A stretch of DNA of 64,000 nucleotides from Candidatus Omnitrophota bacterium. GTDB lineage: Bacteria; Omnitrophota; Gorgyraeia; Zapsychrales; Zapsychraceae. The translations under genes were made by a program, and so were the position numbers. The stretch is from the NCBI GenBank assembly GCA_015233195.1, contig JADFYE010000003.1, positions 10,489 to 74,488 on the forward strand, in the 5' to 3' direction. This document shows, in pieces, positions 1-9,639 of the stretch (position 1 is the first letter of the stretch; each line of letters begins with the position of its first letter). The notes beneath the pieces were generated by a model. The model was given only the letters and a program-made list of their open reading frames with translations, was not told the origin of the DNA and ran no database searches.

Positions 1-681
1 TCCGGAAAATTCGTAAATGATTTTATAACATGCGCTTTTGATGTCAAAATCATCTTTTCCCGCGTTTTTCAAACGCAGAGTCATGTATTTTTCTACTTCA
101 GTTTCTGCCAGCGGGGATAATTGATATTTAACAAAGATCCGCTGACGGATTTGACGGAGTTTATATTGATTTAATTTTTCTGTCAATTCTGGTTGCCCCA
201 TCAGAACTAATTGTAAAAGTTTTTCCTCAGAAGTTTCCAGATTTGATAACAGTCTCACCTGTTCTAATTGACGGGCACTAAGGTGCTGAGCTTCATCAAT
301 TATAAGTACCGCGTTACCGCCGGTTGAGTGAAGTTGGATCAAAAAATGGTTCAGCGCTTTGACTAAATCCAGCTTGGTCTTTTTTTCTGTATGGATCCCG
401 AAATCCTCGACAATGGCTTGCAGCAATTGACTATCCGTGAAAAATGGATTAAGGATCAGGGAAATCTTAACATTTTTATCTAAATCCTCTATCACTTTTT
501 TACACAGAGTGGTTTTGCCTGTACCTACCTCACCTGTGACTAAAATAATCCCTTTGCGTTGACCAATACCATACTTGATCGCGGCACAGGCTTCCCTATG
601 CGAAGCGCTGTCAAAAAAGAAATGCGGCTCACTAGTAGAGCTGAAAGGAATTTTATTAAATCCGTAAAATTGTTGGTACAT
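1..681 (-). CDS. ExeA/GspA/MshM-like AAA+ ATPase (N-terminal part; C-terminus runs off the window start)
   Basis: Own reverse-strand translation from ATG at 681: MYQQFYGFNKIPFSSTSEPHFFFDSASHREACAAIKYGIGQRKGIILVTGEVGTGKTTLCKK... Walker A is GEVGTGKTT and Walker B-like is VLIIDEAQHL. Absent from the ORF track because it is open at the window edge. Lies directly downstream of the secretin. Confidence 0.75.
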   Translation of the reverse strand, partial: MYQQFYGFNKIPFSSTSEPHFFFDSASHREACAAIKYGIGQRKGIILVTGEVGTGKTTLCKKVIEDLDKNVKISLILNPFFTDSQLLQAIVEDFGIHTEKKTKLDLVKALNHFLIQLHSTGGNAVLIIDEAQHLSARQLEQVRLLSNLETSEEKLLQLVLMGQPELTEKLNQYKLRQIRQRIFVKYQLSPLAETEVEKYMTLRLKNAGKDDFDIKSACYKIIYEFSG

Positions 682-692
682 CAGTTAATTAC

Positions 693-2156
693 CTATTTTT
701 TTTCAAACTGGGATTGAACGCTCGTCGTATCCATAACACCCACAGGGGCATCGTCTCCTGGGTTGACAATATGTGCTGTGATGAAAATGATCAGGTCAAT
801 TTTTTCTGTGTCAATGGTAGTCCGTTTGAACAGATTACCTAAATAAGGAATACTTGATAACAATGGTATTCCGATTACATGATTAGTCTTGATATCTTTC
901 ATTAAGCCGCCTAACATCACAGTTCCGCCGTCTTTTACTACCAATTGTGTTTCTGCTTCACGGGTGGAAATGATTGGATATTCGACCAGCGTTGTTCCGC
1001 TTTGATTCAGGACTTTTGATGTGGTTGAATAAGAGGAAACAGCTGGATGAATGATCATGTTGATGAATCCGTCATTATCGCCCCATATCTGCGGGACAAC
1101 GTTTAGTTGAATACCAATATCTTTATATTCCTGTAAAGATCCCCCAATGATCGTTCCAGTATCAGTGCTCACATCAGTTTTAATGATCGGATATTGGGTA
1201 CCAATAAGTATCGTGGCTTCCTGATTATTAAGGGTCATTACTACTGGTGCTGAAAGCGTATTAGTTTTAACTTTTTCATTGAGTGCGTGAAGAATGAATT
1301 CAAAGTCTGTTCCATCAAGTTCTTTGAACATAAGTTGTAGACCGCCGTTAGCAGATGTAAGCCCTGAAGTCAGGGGCTGGAAAGACGAAGGCGTAGGTGC
1401 TAAGTTGTGAATCGCTCCAGTATTACCACCGCTTATTGGAACAGCCTGAAGTGTGGATGATTCTGCTCCGGTTGCACCGCTTGCCCAATCAAAACCTATA
1501 TCTTGAAGGTCATTATGATTTACTTCCATAATTTTTGTTTTTATCAGGATCTGTTTAGGCATCACGTCTAAATCTCTGATAAGAGTTGCCATTTGCTCAA
1601 GGCGATCTGGTGAATCAGAAACTACTAATACTTTAGTCCGGATCAATTTTTCTTTTGATCCTCCTGATTTTTTACCTGCTTCTGTACCAAATTCCCAGCC
1701 GCTTTGACCAGTAGTTTCCAGTACTGATACTTTACCAGTATCAGACATTATAGGCTGTATAGATTTCATGGCATCATTGGCATCAATATATTTAAGGTGA
1801 AAAACCCGGACTTGACGGGCTTTGGATTGGGCTAAATCTTCTGCGGTTAACGGCGATATCATAATAATGTTTTTATCGCGATGTGCAGTTAGATTATATG
1901 AACGAAGAATGATATCAAGTGCGGTTTCCCAATTTACCTGGGTTAGTTCTATTGATACTGAACCCTGTACTTCCGGGGAAGGAACAATGTTAAGATCTGG
2001 GATTTCAGCAGCGCCAAGTTTTTCAATGGCTTGCAATACGACCTTAATATCCGTATCTTTAAATGCTAGATTTTGGACTATTGCCGCGTTAACGTTAGCT
2101 GTAACCGTTATCCCTAAGAAAACGGTCCATAGAATGATTTTTGCCATACTCTTCAT
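693..2156 (-). CDS. Secretin (PilQ/GspD/MshL family outer-membrane channel)
   Basis: Secretin C-domain signatures: GGTVMLGGLMKD...IPLLSSIPYLGNLFK...IFITAHIV. Signal peptide begins at MKSMAKIILWTVFLGITVTANVNA. Start moved to ATG 2156, which is preceded by AAAGGAG. Confidence 0.85.
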   Translation of the reverse strand: MKSMAKIILWTVFLGITVTANVNAAIVQNLAFKDTDIKVVLQAIEKLGAAEIPDLNIVPSPEVQGSVSIELTQVNWETALDIILRSYNLTAHRDKNIIMISPLTAEDLAQSKARQVRVFHLKYIDANDAMKSIQPIMSDTGKVSVLETTGQSGWEFGTEAGKKSGGSKEKLIRTKVLVVSDSPDRLEQMATLIRDLDVMPKQILIKTKIMEVNHNDLQDIGFDWASGATGAESSTLQAVPISGGNTGAIHNLAPTPSSFQPLTSGLTSANGGLQLMFKELDGTDFEFILHALNEKVKTNTLSAPVVMTLNNQEATILIGTQYPIIKTDVSTDTGTIIGGSLQEYKDIGIQLNVVPQIWGDNDGFINMIIHPAVSSYSTTSKVLNQSGTTLVEYPIISTREAETQLVVKDGGTVMLGGLMKDIKTNHVIGIPLLSSIPYLGNLFKRTTIDTEKIDLIIFITAHIVNPGDDAPVGVMDTTSVQSQFEKK

Positions 2157-2188
2157 GTTTTCGGTCTCCTTTTTATAAAATATTCCGA

Positions 2189-2575
2189 TTATTTTTCCAA
2201 TACTAAATGTATGCATTTGTCGGATGTGTCTTTATCACAAAGTGTCACATCTCGACCGATAATCCGCATAATTTTATTATTTCCCACTTTATCCCCGACC
2301 TTCATCATTCTGCCGTTGATGATGGCAAATGAATTAATATCATTTGTTATAATGCCGCTTAATTGGTAGCTATTTACCTGTAAACTTAAGCCTTGAGCTT
2401 TAGCAGAATTGATCCGGTTGAGCGCTTCTTTTGTCAAAATATCTTTTAGGGCTAAAGTTTGCGCATGATAAACATTCCAAATAATTATACATATTGGCAA
2501 CGCTATTAACAGACCAATCACTCTTCTTTTTAATTCTAAATCTTTGCTGATCGAATACACAAATTTATTTAACAT
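2189..2575 (-). CDS. Small bitopic pilus/secretion assembly protein (PilP/GspC/MshK-like, tentative)
   Basis: One N-terminal TM helix (VIGLLIALPICIIIWNV). C-terminal segment YQLSGIITNDINSFAIINGRMMKVGDKVGNNKIMRI resembles the secretin-interacting beta domain of PilP/GspC. Position is immediately upstream of the secretin. Confidence 0.3.
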   Translation of the reverse strand: MLNKFVYSISKDLELKRRVIGLLIALPICIIIWNVYHAQTLALKDILTKEALNRINSAKAQGLSLQVNSYQLSGIITNDINSFAIINGRMMKVGDKVGNNKIMRIIGRDVTLCDKDTSDKCIHLVLEK

Positions 2576-3461
2576 AAACAGCCTCAGCTATTTTAAATTT
2601 TTGATAATTATCTACAAGACGAACTACTCCCCAAAGTCCAATAATAACGCATAGTATTAGTCCCCAAGTCATAAAATGGCATAGTTTTGAGCGTTCCGTG
2701 AAATTCAACGCGTATTTGTTAAAAAGATTAGGAGCGGTGAATTTTAATGCCGGCTGCCCATTTTTTGTTTCTTCAGTATTTTCAGTGGTTTTCTGTGCGG
2801 ACAATATTTTAATTTTTATTTTCTGTATCAGCGCGGCTTTACTGTCGTCGGTATTACCGATGCAGATGATGTCTTCAATTTGTTTAATAGTGTTTCGACC
2901 GCAGCAATATCTAATAGTATCGGCTACCCCTTCTTCAATTTCATTATCAGTACTAATATACATTTCCCGAAAAAATACTGGTTTTCCGCCTAAAAAAATC
3001 ACTATGCTCAAACATTTTGGGTTTAAAAAATTGATTATACAATAATCTTTGCAGGCTGCAGTTGAATTATTTAATTTATCCTCTACCATTCCTGCAGCAA
3101 CTGAGGTAATAGATACTGGGACCAAATGGCTGTCCTTGAACGCGTCCAGATAGTCTGCGAGGTATACACTGGGCATAGCTGTAAAAACGCCTTTGAAATT
3201 ATCACCTTCTGTATTTAAAAATTGATAAGCTGCTTCCACATCATGCGGAGCCATTGAGAGCGCTTGTGCAGCGTCTATTTTAAGCGCTGCCAATGAATTA
3301 GTATTAAATACTTTTGAATGTTCAAAATGACGTGTAAAGACCATAGGACCAAAAACGCGCACTGAGGCAAAACGCGCCTCATTTTTTGGGTTGACTTTTG
3401 CGAGGGCTTCCCTTAATTCTCCTGGCGAAGAAACTATAAATTGTGTGATCATTTTTTTCAT
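2565..3461 (-). CDS. Pilus/T2SS inner-membrane assembly protein (GspL/PilM-PilN-like, tentative)
   Basis: About 250-aa soluble N-domain followed by a single C-terminal TM helix (FMTWGLILCVIIGLWGVVRLV). Called from gene context inside the pilus cluster. No strong motif recognised. Confidence 0.35.
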   Translation of the reverse strand: MKKMITQFIVSSPGELREALAKVNPKNEARFASVRVFGPMVFTRHFEHSKVFNTNSLAALKIDAAQALSMAPHDVEAAYQFLNTEGDNFKGVFTAMPSVYLADYLDAFKDSHLVPVSITSVAAGMVEDKLNNSTAACKDYCIINFLNPKCLSIVIFLGGKPVFFREMYISTDNEIEEGVADTIRYCCGRNTIKQIEDIICIGNTDDSKAALIQKIKIKILSAQKTTENTEETKNGQPALKFTAPNLFNKYALNFTERSKLCHFMTWGLILCVIIGLWGVVRLVDNYQKFKIAEAVYVK

Positions 3462-3478
3462 AAATAATTCCCAGCGTT

Positions 3479-5233
3479 TTATTGCACTTCAGCCCAATCA
3501 GTTAATGCGCCAGACCCTCCGGATGACGGGATACCGTTTGGATTAAATGAACTTAAAGATTCATCCTGATGGATGTTCAATTTAGCGTCAGAAGATGTTA
3601 ATCCAGCCTGCGCATAAATATTTTTACCAGCAACTGCCCCAAATATTTCTACGCCAAATACTGTTCCTAGAAAATGGATATTGGCATCGGGCGCGTACAT
3701 AATACCGGTAAATTCGCTTCCTAAATTTACCTCTATTCCATAATCGGAAAAAGACGTGCTATTGTAGGTACTATATATAATGAAATCTCTTGATCGGGTA
3801 ATATCATTTGGTCCTACCGAACTTCCAGCGTCAATATACACTTTTTTGTCAGCATAAATTTCTAAAGACGCGCCTGGATCAATTATTAAATTTCCATCAA
3901 GCCAAACAAACAAACTATATAGTGTATGATTATTTATTATGTCAGCAGTCAGCAGTTGATCTCCGGTTAAATAAACCCGAGTATGTCCAGTAATGTGTAG
4001 TGTACTAAATGCAGCTACTTCAATAATTGAAAATTTATGGTTGCCAGTTAAATTTTTGGTTTGTAAAATAACACGATATGCTCCTTCTGACGCTAAATTT
4101 TTTAAATCATCAGGCACTACTACTGAAGGCATATTGATATTGGCATTTTGGGTTACATTACTATTCATAGTAGCAACAGTCCAATGCGCAAGGTCTGTAA
4201 ATGGATCAGCTGAAGACCAGCGCGCAGTATCATTCGACGGATTGGTTGCAGTCCAACTTGAAGAACTAGATGGGGGAACTGGAGTCCAGTATGATGTATT
4301 AGTTGGTCTGCGGCTATTTGAAGACGAGTGTGTTAAAGTGCAACGGTATCTTAATGTATTACCGCCGTTAGTATAAGAAACTTCCTGCCCTGCAGTGTAT
4401 TGCCCATGTGAAGCAGACCATACAGACGCAGCAGCAATCGTAGCATTTGAACGATATTGTGCGCCGCTGTAAGTAACATAGGTATTAGCACTGTACGCGT
4501 TGGACGCGTTCCATGCGGCAGTAGCTGGAATGATCATTTTTGAAAAATACGCTGAACTGTTATAGCTGACATAAGAATTTATGCTGTAAGCGCTCGAGAT
4601 ACTCCACGTCGTAGGAGCAGGAACAGCCGCGACGCATTGATATTTGCTCCCATTATATGTAACATAATCACCAACGGCGTAAGCGCTGGTCGGAGACCAA
4701 GGATCGCCGTTAGGAAGAACTCCTTGACCGTTCAAAGTTACATTCCCGCTGGTAACAACGCCAGTTGTGTCAGTAATCGCGCTATTGGTTGCTATACTCG
4801 CATTACCTTTTGATGAACCAGTATTATTGTAACTATTGATAGTTACTAAACCTGGAGAACCATCTAAATTTATAGTTTCTTTTGCAGTTAATACATGACT
4901 GAATATTGAACTACCTACTGTGCAAGTTGCTTGCAGTTTACGATTCCAGTTTGAAACAGTGCCGGTTGAGGTTAATGTAAAAGGACTGCTTGTACCTGTT
5001 CGGCTAACACTATAAGACCCGGTACCTAAAGAACCTGAAGTTTCCTGGCAACTGTTCGCGCTTGATCTTTGCAAAGCAGCTTCTGCCAGCCAGAAAGCCT
5101 GGGTCGAAGATAATTGTTGGGCAGCAGATTGACCCTGCATTTGGGAGAGCTGAATCGCGCCTAAGCCGAAGGCGGAGAAAAATACCATAAACCCCATTGC
5201 TACCGGAAGTATCATACCTTTATTATTTTTCAT
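3479..5233 (-). CDS. Large PilX-N-domain pilus-associated protein with four CBM5/12-like repeats (putative tip adhesin)
   Basis: N-terminus MKNNKGMILPVAMGFMVFFSAFGLGAIQLS...AFWLAEAAL is PilX_N-like. Residues ~179-320 contain four tandem W-x3-5-Y-x3-5-V-[ST]-Y repeats, the first being WSPTSAYAVGDYVTYNGSKYQC. C-terminal part is beta-rich. Start overlaps the stop of the preceding minor pilin by 4 nt. Confidence 0.6.
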   Translation of the reverse strand: MKNNKGMILPVAMGFMVFFSAFGLGAIQLSQMQGQSAAQQLSSTQAFWLAEAALQRSSANSCQETSGSLGTGSYSVSRTGTSSPFTLTSTGTVSNWNRKLQATCTVGSSIFSHVLTAKETINLDGSPGLVTINSYNNTGSSKGNASIATNSAITDTTGVVTSGNVTLNGQGVLPNGDPWSPTSAYAVGDYVTYNGSKYQCVAAVPAPTTWSISSAYSINSYVSYNSSAYFSKMIIPATAAWNASNAYSANTYVTYSGAQYRSNATIAAASVWSASHGQYTAGQEVSYTNGGNTLRYRCTLTHSSSNSRRPTNTSYWTPVPPSSSSSWTATNPSNDTARWSSADPFTDLAHWTVATMNSNVTQNANINMPSVVVPDDLKNLASEGAYRVILQTKNLTGNHKFSIIEVAAFSTLHITGHTRVYLTGDQLLTADIINNHTLYSLFVWLDGNLIIDPGASLEIYADKKVYIDAGSSVGPNDITRSRDFIIYSTYNSTSFSDYGIEVNLGSEFTGIMYAPDANIHFLGTVFGVEIFGAVAGKNIYAQAGLTSSDAKLNIHQDESLSSFNPNGIPSSGGSGALTDWAEVQ

Positions 5234-5682
5234 GGATTATTCCTCCTGTCAGCCTCGATCAAATAATCATAGGCTGTACCAGCTTTTGTATATTGTAACC
5301 TCACTGTCACCAAGGACGTTCCGGATACTGTAAAAACCGGTGCAGAAATACCAGTTAAGATTCTGACTGTTTTTGTTGGACTGACAGCTGTATTCTCGTA
5401 CATTAAATTCGTTCCTGAAAGGTAAAATCTTGAACTGTCTACTATCAAACTCGAGCCGCCACCTGCAATAATTGGTACTGTTTGAGAGCCCCGCACTACC
5501 GCTCGGATCGCGTCTTGTGGAAACTGAGTATCACTATTTAATCCTGATTTATTTTCAAGGTCCTTGTATGATTTTAGTGCGATCGTTCCCATAGATACCA
5601 TCATCAGTATTACTATAGCGCAAACAGCTAAGCCTGCCATAAATTCTACTAATGAAAATCCTTTGTTCCAAATTTTCATCAT
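5230..5682 (-). CDS. Minor prepilin-type (pseudo)pilin
   Basis: Class III signal MMKIWNKG|FSLVEFMAGLAVCAIVILMMV with Glu at +5. Confidence 0.7.
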   Translation of the reverse strand: MMKIWNKGFSLVEFMAGLAVCAIVILMMVSMGTIALKSYKDLENKSGLNSDTQFPQDAIRAVVRGSQTVPIIAGGGSSLIVDSSRFYLSGTNLMYENTAVSPTKTVRILTGISAPVFTVSGTSLVTVRLQYTKAGTAYDYLIEADRRNNP

Positions 5683-6083
5683 GACCCCACTGATGTTATC
5701 AGATTAACTTCACGATATGTTGTTTCCCCTTGCTCCAACCAATACACCCGTACGCTGACATCATTAGTTGCCGTGCATGTTCCTGGTCTGACTACGTCTC
5801 GAAGTCCGTTTATATTTCCGATAATTACCGCAGTACCGGTTTCATTCAAAGTATTATTACAGCCCGCATTTTTTATCTCTTCCATTTTTGTTTCCGCAAC
5901 GAATGTAGCCTGACGCAAATGCAAATTTCTAAAATATATGTTATTGGCATTAAAATAAAAAGCCATACCTGCCGCAAAAGTAACAGCAAGTACAATGATA
6001 GCGATCAGGGATTCTGCAAGAGAGAATCCCTGATCACCCATACCCACGGGAGAACCGTGAGAAATTTTACTACCAATCCGCAT
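5679..6083 (-). CDS. Minor prepilin-type (pseudo)pilin
   Basis: GDQG|FSLAESLIAIIVLAVTFAAGMAF prepilin motif with Glu+5. Start set to ATG 6083 (MRIGSK...), preceded by GGCGGAG. The tracked ORF start 6098 is also possible. Confidence 0.65.
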   Translation of the reverse strand: MRIGSKISHGSPVGMGDQGFSLAESLIAIIVLAVTFAAGMAFYFNANNIYFRNLHLRQATFVAETKMEEIKNAGCNNTLNETGTAVIIGNINGLRDVVRPGTCTATNDVSVRVYWLEQGETTYREVNLITSVGS

Positions 6084-6597
6084 ATGATGCTCCGCCATCT
6101 ATTGAATATCTCACAGCACCGCTATTATCCATTTCAACTCGAATGTTGTTAACTTCACCTGCTGCGCGAGCATTAGCATCTGCGCCTGCTTTAAGTACAC
6201 TGTTAGCGCCATTAGCTATGACTACAAAATCTACTGGATTAGTAATATGAACTCCAGCAGCTGGTACCGCAACTACCGTGTATGAAGCAGGTGAAAAATA
6301 TTTTGCGTTATCAAGATTAAGTCCTAAACTTGTGTTGCGGTCAGCCGGAACACCAAGAGTGGTTGAAAAATAATTTACTCCAACTGCAATAGGTGATACA
6401 AAAGCTCCGCTGTGTTGCATAGCATACACCCGTTCTGCTGAACGAATAGAGCCTACTCCAGCTACTGCTTCAGCTGCTTTAGCTTTGTCAGCGTTTGCCA
6501 AAAACATCGGCGCTGCCACTGCTGCTAGAACACCGATGATCAATAAGACCACCAGTAATTCTATCATAGAAAAACCTTGTTGATTTAACCTTTTCAT
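6070..6597 (-). CDS. Major type IV pilin / GspG-like pseudopilin
   Basis: MKRLNQQG|FSMIELLVVLLIIGVLAAVAAPMF is a canonical prepilin leader with Glu+5. It is the first pilin gene after the platform gene. Confidence 0.8.
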   Translation of the reverse strand: MKRLNQQGFSMIELLVVLLIIGVLAAVAAPMFLANADKAKAAEAVAGVGSIRSAERVYAMQHSGAFVSPIAVGVNYFSTTLGVPADRNTSLGLNLDNAKYFSPASYTVVAVPAAGVHITNPVDFVVIANGANSVLKAGADANARAAGEVNNIRVEMDNSGAVRYSIDGGASYADW

Positions 6598-6649
6598 TTA
6601 ATTCTCCTTTTTTGTTTTATGTGGGTCCCTTGACCCGTTACGTTTATAT

Positions 6650-7867
6650 TTATCGGACAGTTCCGGATAATTGGAAGATCGGCAGATATAAAGCGAGCGC
6701 GACCACCGCGACCACAGTACCGATCAGAATAATGAATACAGGTTCTAAAAGCGAATTTAGATTATTAAGGAATATATCAACTTCCTGCTCGTAATATTCA
6801 CCCATGCGTTTAAACATATCGCCTAACATACCAGCTTTTTCTCCTACTGCTACCATTTTGACCAATATCCGCGGAAAATCCTGGTGTGGTCGCATGGCTT
6901 CACTTAAAGAAGCGCCGACTGACACGCTATGGCGCACGTCTTTTATGAGTTGTTTTAGAAAAAGATTTACTACTACCTCAGATGATAAAGATAATGTTGT
7001 AAGTAAGCCTACTCCTCCGGTGATTAACATCGCTGAGGTCTGGCACACCCGCGCGAGCATAGCTTTACGGATTACTTTACCGATAATCGGAATATTCAAT
7101 AAATAATAATCACACATAAATCGTATCTTAAATATTTTTAAAGCCCGCCAAGAAAGAAAAGTTAATATTACTAGCGAGATCAACACAATCACAAAATGGT
7201 TTAAACAAAATTCACTTATTCCTACTACTATTCTGGTGAGCAACGGTAGTTTTGCGCCAGCATCCTCAAAGATTGCTTTGAATTTTGGGATAAGAAATAG
7301 AACAATTCCGGATACGACAGAAATGACAAAAATCATAAGAAATGTTGGATAGCGGATAGCACTAAGCAGTTTTTGCCGCATTTTTTCGTAGTCTTCCATA
7401 AATGTAGCCAGATTTGCCATTGTGGTGTATAGGCTGCCGATCTCTTCTCCGGAACGGACTACTGCAACGTAATAAGCTGAAAAAATTGATGGATGACGTG
7501 AGAGAGCCGCCGAAAATGTTTCTCCTGAGCGGATATGAAATAAAACTGAATTTAAGATTTCAGCGAAATATTTATTTTCCATATCTGTGGCAATAGTTTC
7601 AATGGATTCTGTTAAAAGTACCCCTGCTCCCAGTACTGCGCCTAATTGGCGGGTGAACACTACCATTTCCATAGAGGTTACAGTTTGTTTTTCAAATAAA
7701 GATCCAAAAATGGATTTAGATTTACTTTCTATTTGAACCGGAATAGCAGTTATAGAGGTTGCTCCAGTATTTTTGAGCGTATTTATAATGGAAGGCATAG
7801 AGTCTGCTGTCATTATACCTTGTATTGGTCTGCCATTTTTGTCAAAAGCATTGTATTCAAATTCCAT
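6650..7867 (-). CDS. Type IV pilus / T2SS platform protein (PilC/GspF family)
   Basis: 405 aa with two repeated GspF-type domains and three TM segments. Typical FTRQLGAVLGAGVLL and MVAVGEKAGML motifs. Confidence 0.9.
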   Translation of the reverse strand: MEFEYNAFDKNGRPIQGIMTADSMPSIINTLKNTGATSITAIPVQIESKSKSIFGSLFEKQTVTSMEMVVFTRQLGAVLGAGVLLTESIETIATDMENKYFAEILNSVLFHIRSGETFSAALSRHPSIFSAYYVAVVRSGEEIGSLYTTMANLATFMEDYEKMRQKLLSAIRYPTFLMIFVISVVSGIVLFLIPKFKAIFEDAGAKLPLLTRIVVGISEFCLNHFVIVLISLVILTFLSWRALKIFKIRFMCDYYLLNIPIIGKVIRKAMLARVCQTSAMLITGGVGLLTTLSLSSEVVVNLFLKQLIKDVRHSVSVGASLSEAMRPHQDFPRILVKMVAVGEKAGMLGDMFKRMGEYYEQEVDIFLNNLNSLLEPVFIILIGTVVAVVALALYLPIFQLSGTVR

Positions 7868-7869
7868 AT

Positions 7870-9552
7870 TTATAGCTCCTGAAATTCCCTGGTTACTCTA
7901 AGTACCTCATCTATGGTCGTGATTCCTGCTTTCATTTTTTCAATTCCGCTGTCGGAAAGTGTCTGCATGCCGCAGGTTATGGCTTTACGGGCGATCTCTT
8001 CGCTCGAATTTCTGGCATTGATTAAATTCCGGATATCATCATTGACCATCATCGTCTCAAAAATAGCTGAACGACCTTTATAGCCGCGGTTCATACATTT
8101 CGGACAGCCTTTACCGTGAAATAAAGTCATTCTATCGTCGTTGATGCCCAGACGTTCTAAAACCTTTTTAGTAACTACCTGTTCTTCTTTGCATTCAGGA
8201 CAAATGCAGCGTACTAATCTTTGTGCTAAAACACCAACTAAAGAAGATGATAATAAGAATGGTTCTACTCCCATATTTATGAGACGAACTGGAGCTCCAG
8301 CAGCGTCGTTAGTATGCAAGGTAGCGAAAACCAAGTGTCCGGTAAGCGCGGCATGGATAGCGATCTCAGCAGTTTCTTTATCACGGATTTCTCCGATCAT
8401 GATTATATCCGGGTCTTGGCGTAAAATTGAACGTAAGCCTCTGGCAAAATTAAATCCTATCACCGGATTGATCTGAGTTTGCTGAATGAATTCAAGACGG
8501 TATTCAACTGGATCCTCAAGAGTTACAGTATTCTTTTCCGGTGAATGGATTTCACTAAGTGTGGTGTAAAGCGTAGTGGTTTTTCCGCTGCCGGTTGGAC
8601 CAGTTACTAAAATAATTCCATAAGGACGACGTATAATTTTGCGGTATTTTTCTAAGTCTATCGGAGAGAATCCTATTTTATCCAGACCAGTCAAAGGGCT
8701 TGAAGTATTAAGCAAACGCATTACTATACTTTCACCGTAAATCGTAGGAAAACAGGACACACGAACATCTATTTCTTGGTTTCCGATCAGCATTTTAAAA
8801 CGACCATCTTGGGGCAAGCGGCGTTCAGCAATATCTAAACCTGAAAGTATTTTGATACGGGTAGTTATAGCAGGTAACATGCTTTTCGGCGGCGCTGGAA
8901 AATCAGACAAGATCGAGTCAATACGTAAACGAAGTTCTACTTTATCCTGCTTGGGTTGAATATGAATGTCGCTGGAGTCATTGTTAAAAGCTTGAACTAC
9001 TAATTGATGTACATATTTTACTACCGGCGGATCGCTGGCTTCTAAGCGGAGTTTGTCGACAACTTCTCCCTGGTGCTGTGGCGCGTCTTGCCCGATAAAA
9101 TTTTCTACATGTTCTTGCAGTTTGGGTAATTGGGAATAACAGTATTCAATAGCTCCGGTAATATCATGCTCGTATGCGACCATGCGTTTAATTCTGAAAC
9201 CGGTTTTGATACGGATAGCATCTTCAGCGACGATGTCTAAAGGATCAAACATCGCTAAAGTTAATATATCTTCTGATAAAGACACTGGGAGTACTGTAAA
9301 TCTGCGGGCGAGATCTTCAGGCACACAAGATATTACTTCAGGAGGTATTTCTTTATAAATATTTTTGATATTAAAAAAAGGCAGGTTAAAATGACCGGCA
9401 ATAAATGGTGCCATTTGCTCGGGAGCGACAAAGCCCATTTTGATGATGATATCCCCGAGGCGTTCTTTGCTCTTATGCTGTTGTTCTACAGCAATTTCAA
9501 GCTGGTCAGGCTTGATTAGACCTTGGGATAAAAGAGCTTCACCTATTCTCAT
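7870..9552 (-). CDS. Type IV pilus / T2SS assembly ATPase (PilB/GspE/MshE family) with MshEN-type N-domain
   Basis: Walker A GPTGSGKTT. Asp/His boxes present. Tetracysteine CPECK...CPKC. N-terminal RIGEALLSQGLIKPDQLEIAVEQQ and RLGDIIIKMGFVAPEQM motifs. Confidence 0.9.
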   Translation of the reverse strand: MRIGEALLSQGLIKPDQLEIAVEQQHKSKERLGDIIIKMGFVAPEQMAPFIAGHFNLPFFNIKNIYKEIPPEVISCVPEDLARRFTVLPVSLSEDILTLAMFDPLDIVAEDAIRIKTGFRIKRMVAYEHDITGAIEYCYSQLPKLQEHVENFIGQDAPQHQGEVVDKLRLEASDPPVVKYVHQLVVQAFNNDSSDIHIQPKQDKVELRLRIDSILSDFPAPPKSMLPAITTRIKILSGLDIAERRLPQDGRFKMLIGNQEIDVRVSCFPTIYGESIVMRLLNTSSPLTGLDKIGFSPIDLEKYRKIIRRPYGIILVTGPTGSGKTTTLYTTLSEIHSPEKNTVTLEDPVEYRLEFIQQTQINPVIGFNFARGLRSILRQDPDIIMIGEIRDKETAEIAIHAALTGHLVFATLHTNDAAGAPVRLINMGVEPFLLSSSLVGVLAQRLVRCICPECKEEQVVTKKVLERLGINDDRMTLFHGKGCPKCMNRGYKGRSAIFETMMVNDDIRNLINARNSSEEIARKAITCGMQTLSDSGIEKMKAGITTIDEVLRVTREFQEL

Positions 9553-9639
9553 AAATTTTTAATCCGTGAAAAATGTGATTAATGTATAAAATATGATTTT
9601 TAAATATAACATAGGATTTATATTTTATCTATATTTTTT

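Noticed and set aside
1822-2178. Antisense ORFs from the six-frame track nested inside long, well-supported genes. Examples: 1822-2178, 2698-3045, 3993-4376, 5730-6152, 12183-12617, 15332-15769, 19860-20267, 24653-25057, 43011-43373, 58856-59098, 60821-61198.
   Set aside because: Each lies entirely opposite a gene with strong family signatures. Their translations are low-complexity or unusually Ser/Arg/Cys-rich, they have no convincing RBS, and they resemble no protein family. They are typical shadow ORFs.
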